A stretch of DNA of 64,000 nt from Balanoglossus misakiensis. Lineage: Eukaryota; Animalia; Hemichordata. Below the pieces are notes generated by a model. That model did no database searches and was not told the DNA's origin. It was given only the letters and a program-made list of their open reading frames with translations. Location: the NCBI GenBank assembly GCA_040954595.2, contig CM082580.2, forward strand, positions 13,628,242-13,692,241. Direction: 5' to 3'. The translations under genes and the position numbers were made by a program. Positions 25,901 through 38,900 of the stretch are shown here, piece after piece (the first letter of the stretch is position 1; every line of letters starts with the position of its first letter).

Positions 25901-28724
25901 ACCTAGGGATTTTCAGTGATTTTCATTCATGTTTTGAATGATTAAATCAAATAACCTCTGGTGCATTTTCCCTTCAACAGAAAAGCCAAATATGATTCTG
26001 CAGCCAGAGAAAGAATCAGGCAAATTGAAGAACTTGAAATCAAACTAAAAATTTGTGAAGAGAGGGTAAGTTTAGTCAACATCTGAACCAGTGTGATTGT
26101 ACATCTGTGAAATTGATGATTGATATTCTTTGTACTGGTCTTTTTTGTCTGTAAATATGAAGAAAAATGTGAAACCTACGTTTGCTTTGTGTTTAATTTT
26201 TGTGTGTTTTGTTTAACAGCGCCACAAGAATGAAGCCAGGCTTGAAGAACAGGTAAGACTTTTAAAAATCATGTTTTATTCATAGCTTTCTCAAAGTTCA
26301 ATATGTACTGCCTACATGGATTGCCAAGAGTTTACTGTTATATTTTTTTAAAGTTCACCCTGAAATTTTTTGTGTTCTGTTTTCTGCCAGATCCGGGAAC
26401 GCATGCGGATTTCTGAGAAGGAGCCGGCAGTCATCGAGGATGTCACAGTCACAGAGGAAGAATTTGAACGGCTGCCGGAACTTACAGAGGAAATGGAAAA
26501 TGAGATTGATGCAGCATTTGTGCGCAATCCAGAACAAGAAGTTTTATCGGAAGGTTTTAGGTTGTCAGTTACAAGAGCTGATATACATACGTTACATGGA
26601 CTGAACTGGCTTAATGACGAGGTAAGTTCAATTTTCTGTCTGCGACTGCAAGCTACAAGTGATATTGCGCAGCCAAATCATTGTGATTGCGTTTGGAAGA
26701 GCACATTCTGTCAGATAGATCTATCAAAATGGAAAGGCAACTTAAATTCTTTAACTTTGGTTCTGGCGTAATGTATTGATATAACACTCTTTTCCAATTT
26801 TCAAGAACAGTAACTGTAAATTTGTACCCCAGTACTAACGGACACGTTCTTCACAATGCTCTGTCCACACAGGTTATCAATTTCTACATGAATTTACTCA
26901 TGGACAGGGGACAAAAACAGGTGGGATACTACCGTAGTTTGCCGGGTAAGAGCCCCTGCTCGGACAAACGCCCCCCCCTGGTTTTAGGGCCCATTTGTAG
27001 ATCGAGGCCATATCCGGTCTAAAGCCCCCCCCCCCCCCCCCCCCCCCCCCCGGCCGAATATCCATTAAATTCTTGGAAATTTAATAAAGTGCAATGCAAA
27101 AAAGGCGGATTTTCATCCCCAAAGTCACTAAAAGTGAAAAAAAAAATGTATGATGATTTACTTTCGCGCTGATTATCGTACCCACCGCGGCCGACTGGCC
27201 ACGCTGAGTTATATATAGCCGCTCTAGAAAACATGACCTCAGACAGGTCCCTCGGGACCGTGCCTCGAATTCAACGATCACGTAGATGGACGCGCTGCCG
27301 CGTGTGAGGTCACCGGGGAGCTTTCCAAAGCGGCCGCGTGGAGCTGCTTCAGTCCGTCCTCGACGCGAAACACCCAACATTGGAAGATCCCGACTTGGAC
27401 TCGGAGAATGAACCACTCAAAAATTTGCATAAAAGTCGAGGTGGCCATCCCTCATTTGCATAAATCTCGAGGCCATATCCGGGCTAAAGCCCCCCCCTGT
27501 TTTTTCGCTAATCTGTTGGCCCAGCACCCGGGGCTCTTACCCGGCAAACTACGGTACATTAACCTGAAACTATTCTGTCACTGTTGGCACATTTCTGAAT
27601 AAATAGCTGTGTTCTGTTTGCAAACTACAGGATGCCATTACTCTGATGTTTCTGAACGAATTACTGTTGATTGTTTTTTCAAGGACAGTCCCTATACATC
27701 ATTAATGATGATGTCTTTTAAAAATGTTTGTATCAATTTTATTTTCACCAGGGAAATTTGAAAGTCCATGCCTTCAACACATTTTTCTATCCAAAACTAA
27801 TAAAAGATGGTTATACTTCCCTGCGTCGCTGGACGCGGAAAGTTGATGTCTTTTCTATGGATTTAGTGGCTGTTCCCATCCATCTTGGAATGCATTGGTG
27901 TTTAGCTGTAAGTCTGATTTCTTCTTGTCTACTTTTGTTTTGCCTGTGATGAAACAAATCTGTGAGATGAGCTGTTTGGTTTGTATAGCTATTCACTTTG
28001 GTTTTGTCCTGTTTTATTTTTATTTACAGGTTATCGATTTCCGTCACAAAACAATAACTTATTATGATTCCATGGGAGGAAGTAATCACAAGTGTCTGAA
28101 CGCTCTCAGGTAAAACAAAAATTACAGACAGGTCAAATCTTCTGGACAAAACCCTGCTGACAGCATGTCTAACTCTGCATTACCACAGACAAGGATCAGT
28201 CTATACTGATACAGTCAAACTGTACCATCTTCTTATCTCTATGTATTTAGAGAGACCCACATTTAAAATAAATATTCAATGTCTTTCATCTGACAGGGAA
28301 TACCTACGTTCAGAACACAAAGACAAGAAGAAGAGCGAATACGACTTATCAGGCTGGAATTTCGAATGCGCCAAAGACATTCCACAACAAATGAACGGAA
28401 GTGACTGTGGCATGTTTGCTTGTAAATACGCAGAGTACATCGCCAGAGATGCTAATTTAACTTTCTCACAGGTAAGGGACGTTCTGATCAAGAGTTGTAC
28501 ACTGCAGGGTTCAGAGTTGCTAAACTAGACCTTTTTACAGTTATTCCCAGGATGCACTGCTGTATGCTAATTTGTCTGAAAATACACCCCTAGTTTACTG
28601 ATTATAAACAAGGAACATATCATGATGCTTTATTAAAATCCTTTCCTTGTTTGTCTTCCAGGATGACATGCCGTACTTCCGACGTCGGATGGTCTGGGAA
28701 ATACTCCACAAGCAGTTGCTGTAA
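22901..28724 (+). CDS. SENP1: Sentrin/SUMO-specific protease, SENP1/2-like (Ulp1, peptidase C48); 16 exons, 652 aa
   Basis: Exons: 22901-23022, 23768-23844, 23991-24086, 24323-24470, 24591-24765, 24881-25008, 25246-25457, 25647-25776, 25981-26065, 26220-26252, 26391-26621, 26873-26920, 27752-27907, 28030-28109, 28297-28471, 28662-28724; total 1959 nt in frame. Catalytic domain motifs: [49 protein letters not shown] (His), YYDSMG (Asp), [17 protein letters not shown] (Cys), [19 protein letters not shown]-terminal blocks resemble SENP1 ([25 protein letters not shown]). Confidence 0.95.
26932..27554. mobile_element. 623-bp MITE (non-autonomous DNA transposon, Tc1/mariner-pogo-like) in SENP intron 12
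   Basis: Perfect 25-bp TIRs CCGTAGTTTGCCGGGTAAGAGCCCC (26932-26956) and GGGGCTCTTACCCGGCAAACTACGG (27530-27554). TA on both sides (26930-31, 27555-56). GC-rich interior with no transposase. Internal direct repeat tcgaggccatatccgg(t/g)ctaaagccccccc at ~27002 and ~27467. Confidence 0.92.
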
Positions 28725-30607
28725 CCGCACCGAGAGAACAGAGATAGGACTTTATTTATATATAGACTTTAGTAATTTCACATAATGTGTATCTTTTTTT
28801 CACCCTCTCTGAAATTTCTTTATGTGACGAATTAATTATTCTCTGACTGCTTCTTCTGTGTGTTTGTATGTTGTTTCTTGATAAACAGTTCCTTGTACAG
28901 ACAAAAGGTCTATCGTTTATATCTGTAGAAATGCCCACATCAACAAACATGGGCCTTTAATAAATATTTTGCACAGGCTATTTTCCATGCATTGAAATGT
29001 CATACTGTTGCTGCATATATCAGTTGTATACACTTTTTAGTGTGCGACAGTTCTGTTTTTGTAAATATACATGCTTATCTAGTATTGTATGTCATTCTTA
29101 ATTTGTCATATGTTGCTGTTTGGGGGTTACAATGATTGCAATATTTTGTGAGTGACTCCTGGATGGTTGGATGGGGTTTGAATCAACATTGGATTGTTAT
29201 GAGAAAAGATTTGGTGTTGTCATGCACTGTGGCAAAGGAGCGTGAGAACATGTAAACTTTCATCAGCTCATCCAAATCGGGTAGAGCATGATGATTTTAA
29301 TAGCAGAAGCTTGTAACATGCAAAATCATTTAATTACCTTTCTGAGCAAGTCTTGTCTACTTAAAGGAACAAATTATCAAAGCCGCAATGACAGAATTTT
29401 TCTGCACAAATGTACAGGAAATAACTGCCCTCTGGAATGATTTTTCTCGCATCTATATTCAACTGCAGAGTAAATTTGAACTTTGAAAATTCTTTATTGT
29501 AACTTACAAATATATTTTGTGTTGTTGCTTTTGTTATTTTTTTTCACTGCCAATGTTAAAATGTTGTGTACATTAACATATCTATATTTGTAATTTTGAA
29601 ATTTTATTTTCATGGAATTTAGTGCCATTGATGGATTAAGAACAAATGACAATATAGCAATATCACAGTGTGTAAAGAGGCAACTGAGTCATTGATTTAA
29701 ATTTATGTTGTCCAAATATTTTGCTACCTCTCAATCAACATTTCCTCATCAACTGAAAGCTACTACTTAGTTATATGCTTTGGAAATCTTTCACTTTTAA
29801 AATCTTGTTTCATAAGTTTTCTAATTTCGACACCAGATTTAAAATTCAACTTCTGTCAGAAAAAAGCATCACTACTTCGGTGTTTCTGATAGCTGTCTTA
29901 TTGTCATGTTTTATCACAAGTCTAATAGGGAATTGTTTTCAGTTTTTGAGATAAACAAAGAATGTACAGACAATTTCAAGTTCAATGTTCCCTCAATAAG
30001 TCACACAAATAATTAGGACAGTTTATCTCCACATCAGTGAAAGTAAATTTTTCGTTTTTGACTAAGACTGGGAAAATATTTATCTATTCGTTAGGTGCCA
30101 CTGTGACATGAGTTGTACATAATCTTGGTAACTGCATCTTATAGTGAATTTGTTTGAAGTACAGCGCTTAGTCTATGAAACACATCACTCAGTCAATTTG
30201 TTCAACAACAGTTTAATTTCTAAAGAAAATGTCCATTATTTAAATCCCTTGGCAATTATATAGTACTGTTTTGTAAAATTTAATATTTGTATAAAATAAA
30301 GTATTATAAGATACATTGTATACTGTGATTACAATTTTTTTCCCCATATCATAAACATCATATTCTGTCCACATATTGCTTAATTAAGTAATTGATATAA
30401 ATACAACAATAATGAAAATAAAAACAAGTTTTTGCACTTTCTGCCCATTAATCCAAGACTTGTTAAGTAAAATATTTTTGGCAAAATTCTGAAACGACAA
30501 TGAGGAAAATTTAAGAATTCAACTCTGATGCATAAAGTTCTCACAAAGAGGCAGCTCAACACTGGCGGGAATTTCCTCTGCTGCTGTCTCCTGTACTTCC
30601 ATCACTG

Positions 30608-33600
30608 TCAGAAGAAGGGCTCATTTCTGTCGTCATCACTGGTGTCATCGTTCATGTACATGGCACCATTATTGTCCACTACACTGCTGGGATTCTCGCA
30701 AGGAATCGTCCAATTACTGAGACCCTCTTCCTTGCTGGTGCTTAGCAACTTTTCCAGTTCCTCTTTTTCCCTCCGCCGGAAAAATCCCAGCTTCCAGAGA
30801 ATGACGACGGAGATGGCAAGTGCCAGGAATCCAACGCAGGCACTGAGTGCAATCACCCATGGCTCCACTGGACTGCTGTCTTCACTCGTCATTCCAGACA
30901 CTTGGGTGATCACCTGCAATTATTAGAATATCAAGGAGAAATCAGACTTCAATGTGTCGGGGACAGATTGTCAGAGATTGTCAGATGCAGACGGTCAGTT
31001 GTCTTTTTATATATGTGAGTATGTCTTTTTCTTCTTCAAATAATCATGTAAATTTTAATAAGCACTTACGTATTTTGTAAATGCAATAATGGGCTCCGAT
31101 ACCAGGCAGTAGTTTAGTACTGTACAGCCAATCATGTTTCATATTTTTGATCAATGGAAGGTTTTGTTTCAAACTTCTTTTTCCCAAGCACAGAAGACTT
31201 GGCTGACTCCCAGGGTGAATCAGTACAACATACCTGAACGTAGTCGGGTTTGTCGGCTGTCGGTTGAACAAAGCGACCAGAAGGATTCTCCACAGTCACC
31301 ACGGCAGATGAAGTAATTTCCACGACGTCATCAACAAATTTCTGGTCAAAAGATAAGAAACTCCAGTCAATTATACGACAAGATATGGATCAACACACAA
31401 TTATGCCAAAGAAGGTACCGGTAAGATGGATTTAAAATATTTGACTGCTGTATATGACTTAACTGTAAAAGTGTGCTTGTTATTTCAATTATGTCACATC
31501 AAGGTGATTGTTACCGGTACATCATTCTATTGGATGAGACTTACGGTCACAGTCGACTGCTGCAAAACTGCTGTTATTTCAATAAAAGTGCTGCTATCGA
31601 TGTCCAATGGACCAATATAACAATCCAAACTCACGCATTGCACATGGCTGCAATCCTTCAAGAAAATGACAGAAAAGATGACACTTTAAACAAACATAAA
31701 TTTTAAAATACATAGATAGACATACAATGTAAGTGTAGCACTGTTAGGTTAATATTATTTCATCAAACACAAGTGATATTCTTACCAGAGTCTTTTCTTT
31801 GAGAGATGATAACAAAACTGTGTCTGGAACAGATGTCTTGTTGCAAAACTTGTCTGATTCCTGCTCAAAAAAGATATGCTCTGCTCTGCACATGCCTGTG
31901 CCATGTACCTACACGAGGGTTGGTAAATGAAAGGAAATTGAACAAAATTACAGTTGAATTAACAGCAGTTATGACACACACATGAAATGTTTACAGGCTT
32001 GACAGATAACAACTCCCTCCCTCTCAGTCAGGATGAAGAAGTAATGACAAACCTACCTCGACTCGTTTGATAAATAACAGATAGTCGCCCTCAAGTGTTT
32101 TCCAAGGCCACTCAATTCTTACATGACTGTTGTACGGTATATTGCCACGACCGAGATTACGAACCTGGAAGACAAACATTGTGATATGACAAACATATGT
32201 ATCAATTTGAACTGAACATTTGAATCATCTAAGATATGATTTCTGTTGACTTTTATTTCTACAATGTATATGTGTGTGTGTCATACTGAAAGGACTTAAA
32301 CAGTGGGACAACTTACATCAAAGGCATGAGTTAGTCTTGATCCAACATCATGGCATGACTGTGACTGATCGCGACTGGCATCTCCAATGACAGGGACAAT
32401 ATGAATCTGTTCTGGAACAGACATCCTGCAAAAAAAAACAAGTACAATGTATGTGTCCAACTCCAAGCAACTAGCAAGCAACATCAAGATGATGCAGGCA
32501 TATTTGAGCTGTGCATGCGGGGTCAATCAGCATTCATTTGTTGCTGTAGTAGGTATACATGTAGGTAGACTTTGTGTGTTTGTCTATTTCTTACCCAGCA
32601 ATAGTTATATCAGCCTCAATATGGATTGGTAAACTCAATGTCACAAAATTATCTGCCGGAGTTGTGTCATTGCTGGATGTCGTGGCAACCAAGGAAATAT
32701 CGAGGGTGTCCCAGTCACCTGATATCTGAGACGAGTCCAGTTTGATTTCAAAAACATTCTGAAAACAGAGAGGAAAGAACAAGTAAGTGATCTATTCATC
32801 AGTCCAGTATCTTTATATATGGGGATTAGAAGTTCCAACATTTCTGTTTACCTCAGACCTGGGTGGCATTGGATTACCCACACTGCATTTGTCTCCACTT
32901 GTAACATTACTTGACACAGAGTTATCAGGTTCACACTGCACAACAGCATTCTAGAAATCATAACAGATAACAGTAAAGCACTTGGTTAATTTAATGTCAC
33001 AGTTTAAAAGTTCTTATCTTGTATTTTTTTGCTCTGTAATGCATTCACTTACCAAATTGTTGTTTTCAACTCTCACAAACATCAACTCCTTTGGATAGCT
33101 GATGAAAAGTTGAGCTTGGTGGGCCTCTTCACCGTCATTTCTTACAGAAATTCTGACAACAATCTGGTTTAAAACCCCAACTGGTAGAAATGTATATCCT
33201 CTGATAAAAGAAAACAATATGACACTATATTTATCATACATTATTTTAACAACTAACCAGTTAATCAGAAATGGAAAATATAATGTAAACTTTAATGTAG
33301 ATTCTCTGATACTGAAATATTTTTTCTTCTGAAATGTGCATTTTGTATTTCACTTTACCTTGGCAGATTAAACTCTGCACTGAGCTGCAAATCAGCAACA
33401 CATAGTTCATCTTCTCCACAGTTCCGGACAAATGCAACCTGTATATGGACATGAACTTTATAATTTCCAAGTACATGTACCAATCACCCCTTTTATCAGT
33501 AGAATAATATGTCACACATTCTCTAATATTCTAATATGCATGTGTGTGTGCGTGTATTTTTCCTTTAACATTTCTCAACAATTTTTAATTGTGTATCAAC

Positions 33601-35927
33601 TTCAAGTACATAAATTTATTTCTCAGAATATTTCATCAGTACTACAACCTACCTCTTGTTGTACTGTGGTGGGTATATTAACATTGAGCACTGGACAGAT
33701 ATCACTACACACAGTGACTGGGCTGTCTGTGGTCACCAATTCATAGGACAAATGAATTGGTATTGGAGTCAGATAATCATTGATATTTTTCTGTAGAATC
33801 AAAGTCGGAGAATGAAATCAACTGTAAATGGTGGATGAGACCTTGGCCAAGCCCTTGACAACATACCAAGAGAAATCTGATAAATAAGCAGTCTTTCAAG
33901 TAGGCATAAATGTCTTTTAATTACCTTGATGTGAATTTCATAGTGTGAACAGAACATTCTACGATATCTGAGAACCACAGTGTCTGTCAAGAGAGTGCCA
34001 ACTGCCGTGTCATTGGAAACAAAGTGAACCCGAGCTTTCTGACCACTCTGTAGTTTGTACTGTTCCAATTCTAATGACACTTTCAAACCTGTGAAAATAA
34101 AAGGTCAGGTTGCAGCAAATGGTGATTGGTAACATTGACAGTAAAGTGAAACCTGCTACATGAGAGTTTTGTTCAAGTTGTCAAGCTGCATTGAGTTTGA
34201 GTGCATTTGTCAAAACTGTAAATAAATCTGACCAAATTGTAAAGTCAGTTACTTTTGACCACGTCTGGTATATTTGGTCTCATGTTAGTTTCCTACATAA
34301 CTGCAGCAAAAAATCTCAGCCTTAGAACTTACCAATTCTGCCTGGTACGGCTGTTCCTTTGTATTCCAAACACACCAATGCTCTGATGCAATTAGCAGGT
34401 TTGTTGTTGTAGACACACTGTGTGGTATTTAGACTGATCTGATCTGGAGTGATATGCAACCTAGCATGTACATCTATCACTGGTCGTGTTCTGTTGAGAG
34501 CAATGTTCAAATTATATACATGTACATCATGGATAATTAATTATCCATCAAGAAAAGTTATTTGTAATGTCTAGAATTTAATGAAGTTTATGAATTTAGC
34601 CATGCTTAGTAAACTTGAGAGTAGCTCTTGTAATGTCTAGAATTGTTTTTCCATTGAGGATTATTTTGACGATTGAGGTAGGGGTGACATACTTAAAAAG
34701 AACAGCAGTATTGCTGAGATAAGCTCCAACTGCAATATCTTGATATGCATTGCCATCTAAGTCTAGTCCCCCTGATAATGATATTCCAAATGACTGGATC
34801 CCAGGAGCAACGGTTTCACCTCTGATGGCCTGGATGAAGAAATATTGAAAATCAAAATTGTTTATAAATATTTGCTAGTGAAATTTTACTGTACAGACAG
34901 CAATTCTACAATAAAGAGTTTGTGCAAGTATCTGTAAGAATGATAATATTAAAGACACCCTTTATTCACCTGTATATAGTCGCTCGAAATACCAGAAGAT
35001 GTTCCGTGATAAATGTACACAACTCCCGATCCCTCATATGGAGCACCAATGGCAACATCTGTGAACAGCAAATCAGTCAAAATAGAGAAACTCAATTCTT
35101 TCAGTAGCCATACACAAGAAGCATGCATAGCTTCAGCTCAGAAAAAAAAGGATTTTTTACGCCCCAGTTACACACTCAGTAGTCATTCATTTTGCTCTGA
35201 TTAATTTCAGAAATAGTTCTATTTCTTTTCCAATTTTGACCGTTCAACTGACCTCTATAACCGTCCATATTGATGTCACCTATACTTGCAATGGAACTTC
35301 CAAATCTTGCATTTGGTGCGTTTGATCCATGTAAGAGAAATGGAGTTTGTTGTAAAACACTCTGCGAATGAAAAGAAAGAATGTTTTTCTTTGATTAAGT
35401 TATAACATATGTATTCTGATATTTTTATGCTTATAATAAAAATGAATTGTTTTGTTGTGTTTTTTTGTTTGTTTGATGAACAACAACTCACCTGGCCATA
35501 GTTGATATAGACATACACTCTTCCTTCATCAACTGTGGTTGCATAAAGTGGTGCCCCAACTAGCAAATCTGAAAGACCATCACTGTTTAGATCCACAACA
35601 CATATGGAACCGCCATAGTAAGAACCCATCTGGAAATAGATAATAGATGTCCAGGATTAAACAGTACTAGTGACTCAAATTCAGCAATATTGTGTCACAG
35701 ATAACTTTACTGGTGGCTGTGGATGCGTGGTACATGAATATGTTTAAACAGGTAAGTAAAGAAAACTGCAGTGCTATAAAATACCTGGTCCCCAGTTTGT
35801 TCTTCAAGGACTTCAAAGTTGTCCATCTCAAAGATGAAGACAGCACCAGTCTGGTACGCCCTGGGAGCTCCTGTCACACCTTCTCGTGTATTGGCTGAAG
35901 AAAAGTGACCGGAACTCATAGAATAGC
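30608..35927 (-). CDS. Integrin alpha chain, alpha-4/alpha-9-like; 5'-partial (17 exons visible, N-terminal exons not in window)
   Basis: Exons on the - strand: 35927-35785, 35629-35492, 35361-35253, 35058-34970, 34829-34693, 34490-34333, 34088-33925, 33790-33653, 33438-33359, 33200-33053, 32950-32852, 32758-32595, 32425-32317, 32164-32057, 31908-31786, 31655-31545, 31341-31234, plus the terminal exon 30913-30608. FG-GAP/Ca-binding repeats (DLNSDGLSDLLVGAP, DINMDGYRDVAIGAP, DLDGNAYQDIAVGAY); genu CGEDELCVADL; V.V.N.GEEAHQA and CSVGNPM calf-1 motifs; TM WVIALSACVGFLALAISVVILWKL followed by GFFRR, the GFFKR variant found in ITGA9. Confidence 0.95.
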
Positions 35928-35934
35928 CTGTAAT

Positions 35935-38900
35935 AAATTGTCATTTTCGGATGATTTTCATGAGCTATAACCCATGGTTTTTTCGAAAAAATGTAGAAAT
36001 TTTGAAAATTAGCAAAGTCGAAAAATTGTCATTTCTGGGCGATTTTCATGAGCTATAACCCATTTTTTTTCAAAAATCGACGAAATTTTGAAAATTCGCA
36101 AAGTCGAAAAATTCTCATTTTTTGATGATTTTCCTGAGCTATAACCCATGGTTTTTGCAAGAATCGACGAAATTTTGAAAATTCGCAAAGTCGAAAAATT
36201 GTCATTTTTTTATGATTTTCCTGAGCTATAATTCATGGTTTTTGCAAGAATCGACGAAATTTTGAAAATTCGCAAAGTCGAAAAATTGTCATTTTTTGAT
36301 GATTTTCCTGAGCTATAACCCATGATTTTTTCAAAAAATGACCAAATTTTGAAAATTCGCAAAGTCGAAAAATCTTCGATTTTTGACGATTTTCCTGAGC
36401 TATAACCCATGATTTTTTCAAAAAATGACCAAATTTTGAAAATTCGCAAAGTCGAAAAATCTTCGATTTTTGACGATTTTCCTGAGCTATAACCCATGAT
36501 TTTTTCAAAAAATGACCAAATTTTGAAAACTCGCAAAGACGAAAAATCTTCGATTTTTGACGATTTTCCTGAGCTATAACCCATGATTTTTTCAAAAAAT
36601 GAGCAAATTTTGAAAATTCGCAAAGTCCAAAACTCTTCGATTTTTGACGATTTTCCTGAGCTATAACCCATGATTTTTTCAAAAAATGAGCAAATTTTGA
36701 AAATTCGCAAAGTCCAAAAATCTTCGATTTTTGACGATTTTCCTGAGCTATAACCCATGATTTTTTCAAAAAATGACCAAATTTTGAAATTTCGCAAAGA
36801 CGAAAAATCTTCGATTTTTGACGATTTTCCTGAGCTATAACCCATGATTTTTCCAAAAAATGACCAAATTTTGAAAACTCGCAAAGTCCAAAAATCTTCG
36901 ATTTTTGACGATTTTCCTGAGCTATAACCCATGATTTTTTCAAAAAATGAGCAAATTTTGAAAACTCGCAAAGTCCAAAAATCTTCGATTTTTGACGATT
37001 TTCCTGAGCTATAACCCATGATTTTTTCAAAAAATGAGCAAATTTTGAAAACTCGCAAAGTCCAAAAATCTTCGATTTTTGACGATTTTCCTGAGCTATA
37101 ACCCATGATTTTTTCAAAAAATGAGCAAATTTTGAAAACTCGCAAAGTCCAAAAATCTTCGATTTTTGACGATTTTCCTGAGCTATAACCCATGATTTTT
37201 TCAAAAAATGAGCAAATTTTGAAAATTCGCAAAGTCCAAAAATCTTCGATTTTTGACGATTTTCCTGAGCTATAACCCATGATTTTTTCAAAAAATGAGC
37301 AAATTTTGAAAATTCGCAAAGTCCAAAAATCTTCGATTTTTGACGATTTTCCTGAGCTATAACCCATGATTTTTTTCAAAAAATGAACAAATTTTGAAAA
37401 TTCGCAAAGTCCAAAAATCTTCGATTTTTGACGATTTTCCTGAGCTATAACCCATGATTTTTTCAAAAAATGAGCAAATTTTGAAAATTCGCAAAGTCCA
37501 AAAATCTTCGATTTTTGACGATTTTCCTGAGCTATAACCCATGATTTTTTCAAAAAATGACCAAATTTTGAAATTTCGCAAAGACGAAAAATCTTCGATT
37601 TTTGACGATTTTCCTGAGCTATAACCCATGATTTTTCCAAAAAATGACCAAATTTTGAAAACTCGCAAAGTCGAAAAATCTTCGATTTTTGACGATTTTC
37701 CTGAGCTATAACCCATGATTTTTTTCAAAAAATGAGCAAATTTTGAAAACTCGCAAAGTCCAAAAATCTTCGATATTTGACGATTTTCCTGAGCTATAAC
37801 CCATGATTTTTTCAAAAAATGAGCAAATTTTGAAAACTCGCAAAGTCCAAAAATCTTCGATTTTTGACGATTTTCCTGAGCTATAACCCATGATTTTTTC
37901 AAAAAATGAGCAAATTTTGAAAACTCGCAAAGTCCAAAAATCTTCGATTTTTGACGATTTTCCTGAGCTATAACCCATGATTTTTTCAAAAAATGAGCAA
38001 ATTTTGAAAATTCGCAAAGTCCAAAAATCTTCGATTTTTGACGATTTTCCTGAGCTATAACCCATGATTTTTTCAAAAAATGAGCAAATTTTGAAAATTC
38101 GCAAAGTCCAAAAATCTTCGATTTTTGACGATTTTCCTGAGCTATAACCCATGATTTTTTCAAAAAATGAGCAAATTTTGAAAATTCGCAAAGTCCAAAA
38201 ATCTTCGATTTTTGACGATTTTCCTGAGCTATAACCCATGATTTTTTCAAAAAATGACCAAATTTTGAAAATTCGCAAAGTCGAAAAATCTTCGATTTTT
38301 GACGATTTTCCTGAGCTATAACCCATGATTTTTTCAAAAAATGACCAAATTTTGAAAATTCGCAAAGTCGAAAAATCTTCGATTTTTGACGATTTTCCTG
38401 AGCTATAACCCATGATTTTTTCAAAAAATGACCAAATTTTGAAAACTCGCAAAGTCGAAAAATCTTCGATTTTTGACGATTTTCCTGAGCTATAACCCAT
38501 GATTTTTTCAAAAAATGACAAAATTTTGAAATTTCGCAAAGTCGAAAAATCTTCGATTTTTGACGATTTTCCTGAGCTATAACCCATGATTTTTTCAAAA
38601 AATGAGCAAATTTTAAAAATTCGCAAAGTCCAAAACTCTTCGATTTTTGACGATTTTCCTGAGCTATAACCCATGATTTTTTCAAAAAATGAGCAAATTT
38701 TGAAAATTCGCAAAGTCCAAAAATCTTCGATTTTTGACGATTTTCCTGAGCTATAACCCATGATTTTTTCAAAAAATGACCAAATTTTGAAATTTCGCAA
38801 AGACGAAAAATCTTCGATTTTTGACGATTTTCCTGAGCTATAACCCATGATTTTTTCAAAAAATGACCAAATTTTGAAAACTCGCAAAGTCGAAAAATCT

